The notes: a model not told the origin generated them from the letters alone. 58,214 nucleotides of DNA from Oscillospiraceae bacterium (GCA_015064095.1 SVSW01000004.1:1-58214), one strand, 5' to 3'; shown: positions 9,401-18,890, numbered from the stretch's first letter. Made by a program: numbers and translations.

Positions 9401-10183
9401 CCCGTTTTCCCCGGCACGAATTGCGAGTATGATTCTGCAAAGGCAGTTGCCGCCGCAGGTGCTGAGCCCGAGATAATCGTTATCAATAACCTGTCCCCGA
9501 AGGGCGTTGCAGACTCGGTCGAGTACTTTGCAAAGCGCGTATCCGACGCACAGGTGATCTTCATTCCCGGCGGATTCTCCGGCGGCGACGAGCCCGATGG
9601 CTCGGGTAAGTTCATAACCGCATTCTTCCGCAACGGTGCGGTCAAGGAGGCAACGAATGAGCTCCTTGCAAAGCGCGACGGTCTTATGCTCGGTATATGC
9701 AACGGCTTCCAGGCGCTTATAAAGCTCGGACTTGTGCCGTATGGCGAGATCATCGACGCAGATGAAAATTGCCCGACACTCACGTTTAATAAAATAGGTC
9801 GCCACCAGTCAAAGCTTGTGCGTACGCGCGTGGCATCTAATCTTTCGCCTTGGCTCGCAAATGCCGAGGTTGGCGGTATTTATACCGTTCCGATCTCTCA
9901 CGGCGAGGGCCGCTTCTGGGCGTCCCCCGAGCTTATAGCAAAGCTTGAATCGGCAGGACAGATCGCAACGCAGTATGTAAATGCCAACGGTGAGCCGACA
10001 GACGACGTCGCGTTCAACCCGAACGATTCCGCATGGGCGATCGAGGGCATTACCTCGCCCGACGGACGCGTGCTTGGTAAGATGGGACACTCGGAGCGCG
10101 TAGGTGACGGACTTTATAAGAATGTTGCGGGCAACTTCAACATCGGTCTTTTCACCTCGGCTGTTGATTATTATAAGATTTAA
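6497..10183 (+). CDS. purL: Phosphoribosylformylglycinamidine synthase, single-chain large type (fused synthetase plus glutaminase)
   Basis: 1228 aa with HNHPTEIEPFGGAATCIGGAIRD. The C-terminal triad GATase carries GICNGFQAL and SHGEGRF. Confidence 0.95.
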   Translation: MVFRVYVEKKGELSVEAAALLSDLRKFLGIKSLDGLRVLNRYDVENIDASLFESTVGTVFSEPQIDIVTRELDAKNGDTVFAVEYLPGQFDQRADSAAQCVQIISQGERPTVRTAKVYILSGNLTDAEIAAIKKYVINPVECREASLALPETLDVKYEIPESVATLDGFISLDREALSAFVSGYGLAMDTDDLEFCRKYFEKEGRDPTITEIRMIDTYWSDHCRHTTFNTIIDSVDLTDPTIAAAYDEYVDMREYLGRKKPQTLMDIGTLAAKYLKKQGKLAKLDESDEINACTVKIKVNVNGKDEDWLLLFKNETHNHPTEIEPFGGAATCIGGAIRDPLSGRAYVYAAMRLTGAADPTRSLSETLAGKLPQRKIVTTAAAGYSSYGNQIGLATGQVDEIYHDGYAAKHMELGAVIAATPAKNVRRECPEDGDVVILLGGRTGRDGIGGATGSSKSHTEASLESCGAEVQKGNAPEERKLQRLFRNPEAQYMIKRCNDFGAGGVSVAVGELADGLCIDLNAVPKKYEGLDGTELAISESQERMAVVIEPHNVDKFIALANEENLEATVIARVTAEPRLVMHWNGKKIVDISREFLNTEGAEKHITIKPAPAADYAKTVSGTFTEEYKKLVGDLNVCSKRGLSERFDSTIGANTVLMPFGGKNQLTPIQAMVHKIAVEKNDTDTCSYMSWGYNPDITSASPYHGAYLAVVESAAKLVATGAEFSDVYLSLQEFFEKPLRDPARWGKPFSAVLGALMAQKDLGIAAIGGKDSMSGSFEKLDVPPTVVSFAVTTGKLDEVITNDAKAAGHKLISICPKYENGLPVAKSLIETFGKVTALMRDGKVYAAYTPTCGGIAEAVYKMCIGNGLGFEFDPSMTVSDIFGYAYGSFLLEVDEATAGQTVGRFTADWKMTLGGESIDFAELNEIYEGKLERVYPCNIGGKGEGIPTVTYNKAPRKASVFVAKPRVLIPVFPGTNCEYDSAKAVAAAGAEPEIIVINNLSPKGVADSVEYFAKRVSDAQVIFIPGGFSGGDEPDGSGKFITAFFRNGAVKEATNELLAKRDGLMLGICNGFQALIKLGLVPYGEIIDADENCPTLTFNKIGRHQSKLVRTRVASNLSPWLANAEVGGIYTVPISHGEGRFWASPELIAKLESAGQIATQYVNANGEPTDDVAFNPNDSAWAIEGITSPDGRVLGKMGHSERVGDGLYKNVAGNFNIGLFTSAVDYYKI

Positions 10184-10193
10184 TGGAGTTAAA

Positions 10194-10466
10194 ATGAAAA
10201 AAGCAGTTATAACAGTAACGGGTAAGGACGCTGTCGGAATTATAGCGAGAGTCAGCGCGGAATGTTCAGAATGTCAGGCGAATATAATAGATATAACGCA
10301 GAGCGTTATGAGCGAGTATTTCGCTATGATCATGCTCGTTGAGCTCGACAGACTTAATATAAAGTTTGCGGATTTTGCCGATAGACTTGAGGCGATCGGC
10401 CGCGAGCGCGGACTTGTTATTTCCGCCGTCCACGAAGATATTTTCAATACAATGCACCACATATAA
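10194..10466 (+). CDS. ACT domain-containing protein (UPF0237-like)
   Basis: The listed ORF (10104) was trimmed to ATG 10194, just after the purL stop. The 90-aa product begins [21 protein letters not shown], typical of stand-alone ACT proteins. Confidence 0.75.
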   Translation: MKKAVITVTGKDAVGIIARVSAECSECQANIIDITQSVMSEYFAMIMLVELDRLNIKFADFADRLEAIGRERGLVISAVHEDIFNTMHHI

Positions 10467-10470
10467 AGCT

Positions 10471-11829
10471 ATGATAAATACAGCAGATATACTTGAAACA
10501 ATAGGAATGATAAGAGAGGAAAATCTCGACATTCGCACGATCACAATGGGTATTTCACTCTTTGACTGCGTGAGTGACGATGAGGACCGTCTCTGTCAGA
10601 AGATCTACGATAAGATCACAAAAAACGCCGGCAGACTTGTGTCTGTCGGCGAGGAGATAGCAAAGGATTACGGAGTGCCGATCGTCAATAAGCGCGTGTC
10701 GGTGACGCCGGTGTCGCTCGTCGGCGGCGATCTTTCGCCGGACGGATATATGAAGCTGGCAAGAACGCTTGACCGTGCGGCAGATGCTCTCGGCATCAAC
10801 TTTATCGGCGGCTTTTCCGCCCTTGTCCACAAGGGCATGACCCCCTCGGAGCGCGCGCTCATATCGGTCATTCCGGACGCGCTTGCCGAAACGGGGAAGG
10901 TCTGCTCGTCCGTCAATGTCGCAACAACGAAGGCGGGCATAAATATGGACGCCGTTGCGATGATGGGCTCGGTTATAAAAAGAGCCGCATATCTCACGCG
11001 TGACAACAATTCGATCGGTGCTGCAAAGCTCGTCGTGTTTGCGAACGTGCCTGAGGATAACCCCTTTATGGCGGGCGCATTTCACGGTGTAGGCGAGCCT
11101 GATTCGGTCATAAACGTCGGTGTTTCCGGCCCCGGTGCTGTTGCATCGGCGATAAGACGCGCAGGCAACTGCGATCTTTCGGAGCTTTCGGACGTTATAA
11201 AAAAGACTGCGTTTAAGATCACGCGTGTCGGTCAGCTTGTGGCAAATGAGGCGTCACGGAGGCTCGGCGTGCCGTTCGGCATAGTTGACCTTTCCCTCGC
11301 TCCCACACCGGCGATCGGCGACTCGGTCGCGAGAATACTTGAAAATATGGGACTTGAGGTCTGCGGCGGATACGGTACCACCGCGGCAATTGCGATGCTT
11401 AACGACGCGGTCAAAAAGGGCGGAGTTATGGCGTCGAGCCATGTTGGCGGACTTTCAGGTGCATTTATTCCCGTGTCCGAGGACGAGGGTATGATCGCGG
11501 CGGCGGCATCGGGCGCACTCACGCTTGAAAAGCTCGAGGCTATGACGGCGGTCTGCTCGGTCGGACTTGATATGATCGTTGTGCCCGGAGATACCTCCGA
11601 GGCGGTCATTTGCGGCATGATAGCCGATGAAATTTCGATCGGCGTTGCCAATACGAAGACAACGGCAGTGCGAGTGATCCCTGCATACGGCAAAAAGGTC
11701 GGCGATTCGGTCGAATTCGGCGGACTGCTCGGCGCAGCCCCCGTCATGAAGATCAGCGAGTCATCGCCTGCGGTCTTTATCGGACGCGGCGGCCGTGTTC
11801 CGGCACCCATACACAGCCTTAAAAACTAA
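10471..11829 (+). CDS. UPF0210/DUF711 family protein of unknown function
   Basis: The listed ORF (10366) was trimmed to ATG 10471, 4 nt after the ACT stop. The 452-aa product has N-terminal [24 protein letters not shown], characteristic of UPF0210. This is the conserved partner of the ACT gene. Confidence 0.75.
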   Translation: MINTADILETIGMIREENLDIRTITMGISLFDCVSDDEDRLCQKIYDKITKNAGRLVSVGEEIAKDYGVPIVNKRVSVTPVSLVGGDLSPDGYMKLARTLDRAADALGINFIGGFSALVHKGMTPSERALISVIPDALAETGKVCSSVNVATTKAGINMDAVAMMGSVIKRAAYLTRDNNSIGAAKLVVFANVPEDNPFMAGAFHGVGEPDSVINVGVSGPGAVASAIRRAGNCDLSELSDVIKKTAFKITRVGQLVANEASRRLGVPFGIVDLSLAPTPAIGDSVARILENMGLEVCGGYGTTAAIAMLNDAVKKGGVMASSHVGGLSGAFIPVSEDEGMIAAAASGALTLEKLEAMTAVCSVGLDMIVVPGDTSEAVICGMIADEISIGVANTKTTAVRVIPAYGKKVGDSVEFGGLLGAAPVMKISESSPAVFIGRGGRVPAPIHSLKN

Positions 11830-11858
11830 AAAAGGAGCTGCAAAGCAGCTCCTTTTTT
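11830..11858. terminator. Bidirectional rho-independent terminator between the pur/UPF0210 operon and trpS
   Basis: AAAA + GGAGCTGC aaa GCAGCTCC + TTTTTT. The T-run overlaps the trpS stop codon. Confidence 0.75.
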
Positions 11859-12855
11859 ATATCTGTACAAATCCAAGCTTGCGGCGAACCTTGGTAATGG
11901 TCTTTCGGGCATAATATGCGGCTTCGTCAGCACCCTTTTTCATCATAGCCTCAAGATATGCCTTGTCGGCAAGAATTCTTGCAAATTCCTCACGAACGGG
12001 ATCAAGCGAATCGGCACATGCCTCGCCGACTGCGAGCTTGAATTCTCCGTAACCGCGCCCGTCAAATTCGCGCTCGATCTCCTCTGCCGTCTTGCCCGTG
12101 AAGCAAGAATAAATGGAGATCAGGTTGTTTATTCCGTCCTTGCCCTCGCCCATGCGTACGCAGGTCTCGGAATCGGTCACCGCGCGCTTGAATTTGCGTA
12201 TAACGGTGTCTTTATCATCGAGAATATAAACCACGGCGTTCGGATTTTCATCGGATTTGCTCATTTTTTTCGTCGGATCGGCAAGGGACATGATCTTCAT
12301 GCCGGTTTTCTTTATAATGGGCTCGGGGATCGTGAATGTGCCGGGATAAAGCTGATTAAATCGCGTCGCGATATCGCGCGTCAGCTCCACGTGCTGCTTT
12401 TGGTCAATACCGACGGGCACGATATCCGTCTGATAAAGCAGAATATCAGCCGCCATCAAGGCAGGGTATGTGAAAAGACCGGCGTTGATGTTGTCCGCGT
12501 GCTTTTGGCTCTTGTCCTTGAACTGCGTCATGCGAGAAAGCTCGCCAAAGCCCGTAAAGCAGTTGAGTATCCACGCAAGCTCCGCGTGCGCCGGAACGTG
12601 CGACTGCACGTAGAGCGTCGCCTTCTCGGGGTCAAGACCGCATGCCATATAAAGAGCCATCATTTCATACGAACGGCGGCGCAGGTCGGCGGGGACTTGG
12701 CGGACCGTGATCGCGTGCTCGTCGACGATGCAGTAAAAGCATTTATAGCTTTCCGTGTACTCGGCGAAATTTTTGAGCGCGCCGAGATAATTTCCAATAG
12801 TGAGGTTGCCTGAGGGCTGAATGCCCGAAAAGGATACCTTTTGATCGTTTAACAT
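11857..12855 (-). CDS. trpS: Tryptophan-tRNA ligase
   Basis: 332 aa with SGIQPSGNLTIGNYLG (HIGH-type region) and KKMSKSD (KMSKS). Confidence 0.95.
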   Translation of the reverse strand: MLNDQKVSFSGIQPSGNLTIGNYLGALKNFAEYTESYKCFYCIVDEHAITVRQVPADLRRRSYEMMALYMACGLDPEKATLYVQSHVPAHAELAWILNCFTGFGELSRMTQFKDKSQKHADNINAGLFTYPALMAADILLYQTDIVPVGIDQKQHVELTRDIATRFNQLYPGTFTIPEPIIKKTGMKIMSLADPTKKMSKSDENPNAVVYILDDKDTVIRKFKRAVTDSETCVRMGEGKDGINNLISIYSCFTGKTAEEIEREFDGRGYGEFKLAVGEACADSLDPVREEFARILADKAYLEAMMKKGADEAAYYARKTITKVRRKLGFVQI

Positions 12856-12867
12856 AGATTTTCCTTC

Positions 12868-14082
12868 TTATTTATTTAGTATAGCACGCGCGACCTCACC
12901 GAGGCGGCGGCAGCCCTCAACGATCTGCTCGTCGGAGGGAGTTGAGTAATTTAGGCGGAAGCAGTGTGACGGTGCAGTCGTGTCGCAGTTGAAGGTCGTG
13001 CCGGGGACGACTGCAACCTTATATTCTATTGCGCGTTTGACAAAATCGTTCATGTCGACGTATTCGGGCAATGTGCACCAAAGGAACAGGCCGCCCTCGG
13101 GGCGCGTGAACTTTATCTCCTTGGGGAGATTTTCTTCAAGTGCGCGAAGCATCAAGCCGCATTTGCGGCGATAGAGCGCGCGGATCATGTCGATGTGCGC
13201 ATCAATATCACATTCGGTCATGTAGCGGTAGCAGAGCATCTGGAAAAACATATTCGTATGAACGTCCTCGACCTGCTTTGCAATAACGATCTTCGTGACT
13301 ATCTCCTCGGGTGCTACGCAAAAACCGACGCGCATGCCTGCCGAAAGGATCTTTGAGAACGTCGAGCAGTAAATGACAAGACCCTCGGTGTCAAAGGATT
13401 TGATCGTGGGGATATCTTCACCGGCAAAGCGAAGCTCGCCGTATGGATTGTCCTCAATGATCGGAATGTTGTATTTTTTTGCGATCTCGTAGATGCGAAC
13501 GCGTTTTTCGTACGATGTTGTGATACCGGCGGGGTTTTGGAACGTCGGGATCAAATATATCAGCTTTGTGCGCGGATTTGCCTTGATAGCCGCCTCAAGC
13601 TCGTCGGGGTCGATCCCGTCATCGTGCAGCTCGACGCCGACCGTAACTGCACCGTTTGAACGGAATGCGTTGAGCGCACCGATAAAGGTCGGATTTTCGC
13701 AGATAACAACGTCACCCTCGTTGCAAAATGCCTTGCAGGCAAGCTCGATGCCTTGCTGACCGCCCGATAAAATAACGGTCGAATCATTGTATTTGTCACC
13801 CTCGGAAACGGACTTGCCGATGCCGAAAACGTCCTTTTGGCGCTTTGCGACCGCCTCGCGCAGAGGGGGATAGCCCTCTGTCATGCCGTATTGGAGCGCG
13901 ACGTTCGGAGTTGTTGCGTAAATGTCCGCCGAGAGACGGGCAAGTTCTTCGGTGGGGAACGATTCGGGTGCGGGATTGCCTGCCGCGAACGAAATTATAG
14001 TCGGATCGGTCAGAGATTTGAATATCTCGCGTATTGCGGACGGCTTTAATGCCGCAAGCTTGTCTGAAAATTCGTAATTCAT
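12868..14082 (-). CDS. PLP-dependent aminotransferase, class I/II (aminoadipate/aromatic aminotransferase-like)
   Basis: 404 aa with LKPSAIREIF, SFAAGNPAPESFP, and the PLP-lysine motif STFSKILSAGMRVG. Confidence 0.85.
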   Translation of the reverse strand: MNYEFSDKLAALKPSAIREIFKSLTDPTIISFAAGNPAPESFPTEELARLSADIYATTPNVALQYGMTEGYPPLREAVAKRQKDVFGIGKSVSEGDKYNDSTVILSGGQQGIELACKAFCNEGDVVICENPTFIGALNAFRSNGAVTVGVELHDDGIDPDELEAAIKANPRTKLIYLIPTFQNPAGITTSYEKRVRIYEIAKKYNIPIIEDNPYGELRFAGEDIPTIKSFDTEGLVIYCSTFSKILSAGMRVGFCVAPEEIVTKIVIAKQVEDVHTNMFFQMLCYRYMTECDIDAHIDMIRALYRRKCGLMLRALEENLPKEIKFTRPEGGLFLWCTLPEYVDMNDFVKRAIEYKVAVVPGTTFNCDTTAPSHCFRLNYSTPSDEQIVEGCRRLGEVARAILNK

Positions 14083-14086
14083 TTGC

Positions 14087-14590
14087 TTATAACTCTTTTA
14101 TTTCCTTATTTTTATATGTGCAAAAGCGCACGGTATAGCCGTTTGTTTCGATCGGATCTGCGACAGCGGCACATTCCCAATTCGGCTTTTCGTCAAGATT
14201 CGGGAAGAATACGGTCGCCTCGCCGTCGGCATCGACCTTTGTGATCTCCGCTTCGGAGCAATAATCGCAAAACTGGCGGTACATCATTCCGCCACCGACG
14301 ATATAGACGTCGTCGGGCGTATGCTTTTTGATCTCGGCGGCGAGCTCATCGATAGAGCGACAGATAATGAGCCCGTCCTGCTCGGGAATGTCTTTATCGG
14401 AGAGAACGATATTCACTCGGTTTTTAAGCGGACGTCCTCCGGGGAAAGAGAGCAGGGTGTTGAGCCCCATAACGACCGTTTTGCCCGATGTGATCTGCCG
14501 AAAATGCTTCATATCCTCGGGTATTGAGAAAAGCAGATCGTTCTTTTTGCCGATACCCCATTTTTTATCAACTGCAACTATTAATTTCAT
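14087..14590 (-). CDS. folA: Dihydrofolate reductase
   Basis: 167 aa with MKLIVAVDKKWGIGKKNDL and GRPLKNRVNIVLS. It overlaps the thyA stop by 4 nt (ATGA). Confidence 0.9.
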   Translation of the reverse strand: MKLIVAVDKKWGIGKKNDLLFSIPEDMKHFRQITSGKTVVMGLNTLLSFPGGRPLKNRVNIVLSDKDIPEQDGLIICRSIDELAAEIKKHTPDDVYIVGGGMMYRQFCDYCSEAEITKVDADGEATVFFPNLDEKPNWECAAVADPIETNGYTVRFCTYKNKEIKEL

Positions 14591-15417
14591 ATGGCAACGG
14601 GAATTTTATCTTCAAGCTTGTGGTATTCGTAGCCCTCGAGCTCAAAATCATCGACCGTAAAATCATAGAAATTCTTGATATCGGGATTCATTTTGAACTT
14701 CGGCGCGGGGAACGGCTCTTTTTCTATCATTTTCTCAACGATCGGGATATGACGGTCATAAATATGCGCATCGGCTATAACGTGCACGAATTCGCCGACC
14801 TCAAGCCCCGATACCTGAGCCATCATGTGCGTCAGCACGGCATACTGAACGACATTCCAGTTGTTTGCGGTCAAAAAGTCATTTGAGCGCTGATTTAATA
14901 TCGCGTTCAGCTTGTTGCCCGAAACATTGAAGGTCATGCTGTAAGCGCAGGGGTAAAGGCCCATTTCGGAGAGATCTGCATGGACGTAAATGTTCGTCAT
15001 GATGCGGCGCGACTGCGGATTGTTTTGAAGATCGAAGAGCACGCGGTCGACCTGATCGAACATGCCCTCTTTATATTTGTGCTTAACGCCGAGCTGATAG
15101 CCGTACGCCTTGCCTATCGTGCCGTTCTCATCTGCCCAAGAGTCCCAAATATGAGTCTTAAGCTCCGCGACGCGATTGGATTTTTTTTGCCATATCCAAA
15201 GCAGCTCGTCAATGCAGGAGCGAAACGCCGTACGGCGCAGAGTCATTATCGGGAATTCCTTTTGCAGGTCATATCGGTTTACGATGCAAAATTTTTTTAC
15301 CGTGTGTGCAGGTGCACCGTCGTCCCAATGAGGGCGGACGGACAGATCTTCATCTGAAAATCCGTGTTCAAGTATATCGCGGCAGTTTTCAATGAAAAGA
15401 TTGTCGGCGTAGCTCAT
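14587..15417 (-). CDS. thyA: Thymidylate synthase (ThyA type)
   Basis: 276 aa with RRIMTNIY...LYPCAYSMTF (active-site Cys region) and RSNDFLTANNWNVVQYA. Confidence 0.93.
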   Translation of the reverse strand: MSYADNLFIENCRDILEHGFSDEDLSVRPHWDDGAPAHTVKKFCIVNRYDLQKEFPIMTLRRTAFRSCIDELLWIWQKKSNRVAELKTHIWDSWADENGTIGKAYGYQLGVKHKYKEGMFDQVDRVLFDLQNNPQSRRIMTNIYVHADLSEMGLYPCAYSMTFNVSGNKLNAILNQRSNDFLTANNWNVVQYAVLTHMMAQVSGLEVGEFVHVIADAHIYDRHIPIVEKMIEKEPFPAPKFKMNPDIKNFYDFTVDDFELEGYEYHKLEDKIPVAI

Positions 15418-15452
15418 TTTTTACTCCTTACCAAAATAATTTATCACATTGT

Positions 15453-15481
15453 ATTATAACATAAGTTGCCAAAATTCGCAA
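15453..15481 (-). promoter_or_regulatory. Sigma-A-type promoter for thyA-folA-aminotransferase-trpS
   Basis: On the minus strand: TTGCGA, 17 nt, TATAAT. It lies about 35 nt upstream of the thyA ATG. Confidence 0.5.
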
Positions 15482-15582
15482 GGGGTGAGTATAACATTTT
15501 AAAAAATATTCTCGCGTGCGCTGTTTTGCATTTTTTTATTCTAAAACTTGCAAAATCTGCTTTGGATATTTCGAAAAATCCC

Positions 15583-15611
15583 TTGACGGAAGGTAAAAAA
15601 AGTAGTATAAT
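15583..15611 (+). promoter_or_regulatory. Sigma-A-type promoter for serC-serA
   Basis: TTGACG (15583-15588), 17 nt, TATAAT (15606-15611). The leader to ATG 15652 is about 40 nt. Confidence 0.6.
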
Positions 15612-15651
15612 CAAAGAAATTATTTAATTTTATCTAACGGAGGTTCAGAAA

Positions 15652-16740
15652 ATGAACAGAGTTTACAATTTTTCTGCGGGCCCTTCCATGTTGCCCCTGT
15701 CGGTTCTCGAAAAATGCGCGGCGGACATGGTCTCTTACGGCGAGTCCGGAATGTCGGTTATGGAGATGAGCCACAGATCTCCGGATTATGATGCCATCAT
15801 AAAGAAGGCGGAGGCGGATCTTCGCACTCTTATGAACATTCCCGATAATTACAAGGTGCTTTTCCTTCAGGGCGGTGCATCAACACAGTTTGCGTCCGTT
15901 CCGCTTAACCTTCTTCCCGTGGGCGGCAAGGCTGATTACATAGTTTCCGGTCAGTTCTCGGGCAAGGCATACAAAGAGGCACAGAAATACGGCGATGTCG
16001 TCGAGGTTGCTTCCTCAAAGGCAGATAACTTCACTTATGTTCCGAAGACCACTCGCGATTCCTTCCGTAAAGACGCCGCATACGTACATATTTGCTACAA
16101 TAACACGATTTACGGTACGAAGTATCCGGAAATTCCCGATACAGGTGATATTCCGCTTGTTGCCGATATGTCCTCCTGCATTATCTCCGAGCCTGTTGAC
16201 GTTTCGAAGTTCGGAGTTATCTATGCCGGTGCGCAGAAGAACATGGCGCCGGCAGGTCTCACTCTCGTGATCGTTCGCGAGGATCTGCTTGGTCGCGCAC
16301 GTCCCGAGTGCCCCACGATGCTCGATTGGAAGACGATGGCAGAAAACGATTCGATGTATAACACTCCTCCTTGCTGGTGCATCTACGTTGCAGGACTTGT
16401 ATACGAGTGGATACTCAATATGGGCGGCCTTGAGAAGATGAAGGAGATCAACGTAAAGAAAGCCAATATTCTTTATGACTATCTTGACAGCCAGGATTAC
16501 TATATTGCTCCCGTTAAGAAGGAAAGCCGTTCGCTCATGAACGTCACCTTCGTTACAGGTGATGCCGATCTCGATAAGAAGTTCGCATCTGAGGCGGCAA
16601 AGGCAGGGCTTAAAAACCTTAAAGGACACCGCTCCGTTGGCGGCATGAGAGCTTCTATCTATAACGCAATGCCGATCGAGGGTGTTGAGGCGCTCGTTGC
16701 ATTCATGAAAGATTTTGCAGAAAAAAATCCTAAGGCTTAA
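15652..16740 (+). CDS. serC: Phosphoserine aminotransferase
   Basis: 362 aa with NFSAGPSMLP and GAQKNMAPAGLT (PLP Lys). Confidence 0.93.
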   Translation: MNRVYNFSAGPSMLPLSVLEKCAADMVSYGESGMSVMEMSHRSPDYDAIIKKAEADLRTLMNIPDNYKVLFLQGGASTQFASVPLNLLPVGGKADYIVSGQFSGKAYKEAQKYGDVVEVASSKADNFTYVPKTTRDSFRKDAAYVHICYNNTIYGTKYPEIPDTGDIPLVADMSSCIISEPVDVSKFGVIYAGAQKNMAPAGLTLVIVREDLLGRARPECPTMLDWKTMAENDSMYNTPPCWCIYVAGLVYEWILNMGGLEKMKEINVKKANILYDYLDSQDYYIAPVKKESRSLMNVTFVTGDADLDKKFASEAAKAGLKNLKGHRSVGGMRASIYNAMPIEGVEALVAFMKDFAEKNPKA

Positions 16741-16755
16741 TTTTGGAGATTAAAA

Positions 16756-17916
16756 ATGTATAACGTAAAATTACTTAATAAAATTGCCAAGGTCGGCACA
16801 GACAATCTTGACCCCGCCGTATATAATATCGGCGAGAACGTAGAAAATCCCGATGCAATAATGGTCCGCTCGGCCGTTATGCACGATATGGAGTTCAATC
16901 CCGAGCTTCTCTGCATTGCAAGAGCAGGTGCGGGAGTTAACAATATTCCCGTTGATCGCTGTGCAAAGGAGGGCATCGTTGTTTTTAACACCCCCGGTGC
17001 AAACGCAAACGGAGTTAAGGAGCTTGCAATTTGCGCGCTCTTCCTCGCCGCGAGAAAGATCACGGCAGGTATCGATTGGACAAAGACGCTTATCGGCAAT
17101 CCCGATGCCGCAAAGGCAGTGGAGAAGGGCAAATCCGCTTTCGGCGGAACGGAGATCAAGGGCAAGACCCTCGGTGTTATCGGCCTCGGTGCTATCGGAG
17201 GCATGGTTGCAAACACCGCGATCGATCTCGGCATGACAGTCTACGGCTGTGACCCGTATCTTTCCGTCCGTGCCGCTTGGGCGCTTGACAGCCATGTAAA
17301 AATGGCGGCAAACTTCGAGGACATTTATAAGACGGCAGATTATATCACGCTCCACGTTCCGGCAACGCCCTCAACGAAGAATATGATCTGCGCCGAGACT
17401 CTTGCAATGATGAAGGACGGCGTCAAGATCATCAACCTTGCCCGTGCGGACCTTGTTAACGCCGAAGACATGAAAGCGGCACTTGCCAGCGGCAAGGTCT
17501 CAGCATACGTCACGGATTTCCCGACCCCCGATACAATCGGAGTTGACGGAATCATTACGATCCCTCACCTCGGCGCATCTACCGAGGAGTCTGAGGACAA
17601 CTGCGCTGTTATGGCGGCAAAGGAGCTTGATGAGTATCTGAGATCCGGAAATATTCAAAACAGCGTCAATTTCCCGAACGTTGTCGTTCCTTATACAGGA
17701 CTTACTCGCGTTTGCATATTCCACGATAATATTCCCGAGATGATCTCGAAGATCTCCGGAGTTTTCGGCGAGCTTAAGATCAACATCGAGCACCTCAATG
17801 ACCAGTCAAAGGGCGAGAACGCTTACACGATTATTGATGTCAGCGGAAATATCCCCGGCGAGGTAGTTGAAAAGCTGAACGCGATCGAAGGCGTTAACCG
17901 CGTAAGAGTTATATAA
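16756..17916 (+). CDS. serA: D-3-phosphoglycerate dehydrogenase with C-terminal ACT-like domain
   Basis: 386 aa with a 2-hydroxyacid dehydrogenase fold and NAD motif GVIGLGAIGGMVA. It is adjacent to serC. Confidence 0.9.
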   Translation: MYNVKLLNKIAKVGTDNLDPAVYNIGENVENPDAIMVRSAVMHDMEFNPELLCIARAGAGVNNIPVDRCAKEGIVVFNTPGANANGVKELAICALFLAARKITAGIDWTKTLIGNPDAAKAVEKGKSAFGGTEIKGKTLGVIGLGAIGGMVANTAIDLGMTVYGCDPYLSVRAAWALDSHVKMAANFEDIYKTADYITLHVPATPSTKNMICAETLAMMKDGVKIINLARADLVNAEDMKAALASGKVSAYVTDFPTPDTIGVDGIITIPHLGASTEESEDNCAVMAAKELDEYLRSGNIQNSVNFPNVVVPYTGLTRVCIFHDNIPEMISKISGVFGELKINIEHLNDQSKGENAYTIIDVSGNIPGEVVEKLNAIEGVNRVRVI

Positions 17917-17919
17917 GAT

Positions 17920-17951
17920 AAAAGCCGTTGACGAAAGTCAACGGCTTTTTT
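17920..17951. terminator. Bidirectional terminator between serA and hprK
   Basis: AAAA + GCCGTTGAC gaaa GTCAACGGC + TTTTTT. Confidence 0.8.
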
Positions 17952-17957
17952 ATTTCA

Positions 17958-18890
17958 TTATTCGATCCCCATTTGACCCATGAGCTTTTTCTGAAATTCC
18001 TCGGCGGTGTTGTAGCCCATTTTCTTTTGGCGGTTGTTCATAGCCGCGATCTCAAGAATAATAGCGAGGTTGCGTCCGGGCTTGACGGGTATTGTGATCG
18101 CCGGAACGGTTATTCCGAGTATATCAACGGTGTCGTTGTCAAGACCGAGGCGGTCGTACATCTTGCCCTGTATCCAAGGCTCAAGCTTTATAACGAGGTC
18201 GATCTTTTCCGTATCTTTGACAGCGCCCATTCCGAAAATGCGACGTATATCTACGATTCCGATACCGCGAAGCTCAACGTAGTGGCGGATAATTTCGGGT
18301 GACGATCCGATCAGCGCCTTTGCCGAAACGCGCTTTATCTCGACTGCGTCGTCGGCGATTAGTCTGTGTCCGCGCTTGACAAGCTCAATAGCGGTCTCAC
18401 TTTTTCCAACTCCGCTGTCGCCCAGCAGAAGCATACCCTCGCCGTAAACCTCGACAAGAACGCCGTGGCGCGTGATGCGCGGCGCAAGATGTAGATTGAG
18501 CGAGGCGATAAGCGCCGCCATCAAAACCGTGGTCTTTTCCTCGCAAGAGAGGATAGGTACGGCGGCGAGCTTTGCAAATTCAACGATCTCGGGATAAATA
18601 TCGACGTTTGCCGCGATGATGACGGCAGACGGCTTTGCATCTATGAAGTTTTTGATCCTCTCACGGCGAAGCTCGGGCGTGAGAGATGCAAGATATCTGT
18701 GTTCCGCATTGCCGAGAAGCTGAACGCGGTCAGCCGAGAATTTTTCAAAGAATCCCGTTAAGGCAAGTCCCGGTCTGTCAACCTCGTTGCTAACGATCAT
18801 AATAGCTTGCGCCGGTGCGGGCAGATATACCGGGTTTAAGCCGAATTCATCTATCAGAACTTTAAGAGAAATGCTGTATTTCTCGTTCAT
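17958..18890 (-). CDS. hprK: HPr kinase/phosphorylase
   Basis: 310 aa with P-loop GDSGVGKSE and LIADDAVEI. Confidence 0.93.
   Translation of the reverse strand: MNEKYSISLKVLIDEFGLNPVYLPAPAQAIMIVSNEVDRPGLALTGFFEKFSADRVQLLGNAEHRYLASLTPELRRERIKNFIDAKPSAVIIAANVDIYPEIVEFAKLAAVPILSCEEKTTVLMAALIASLNLHLAPRITRHGVLVEVYGEGMLLLGDSGVGKSETAIELVKRGHRLIADDAVEIKRVSAKALIGSSPEIIRHYVELRGIGIVDIRRIFGMGAVKDTEKIDLVIKLEPWIQGKMYDRLGLDNDTVDILGITVPAITIPVKPGRNLAIILEIAAMNNRQKKMGYNTAEEFQKKLMGQMGIE

Noticed and set aside
15418-15651. The 234-bp divergent spacer between thyA and serC was examined for a riboswitch, T-box or small ORF. The leaders of the ABC operon, hrcA, yicC and miaB were examined in the same way.
   Set aside because: Each leader between the predicted -10 element and the start codon is only about 30-50 nt. 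That is too short for known riboswitch or T-box classes. Only promoter-like hexamers were seen.
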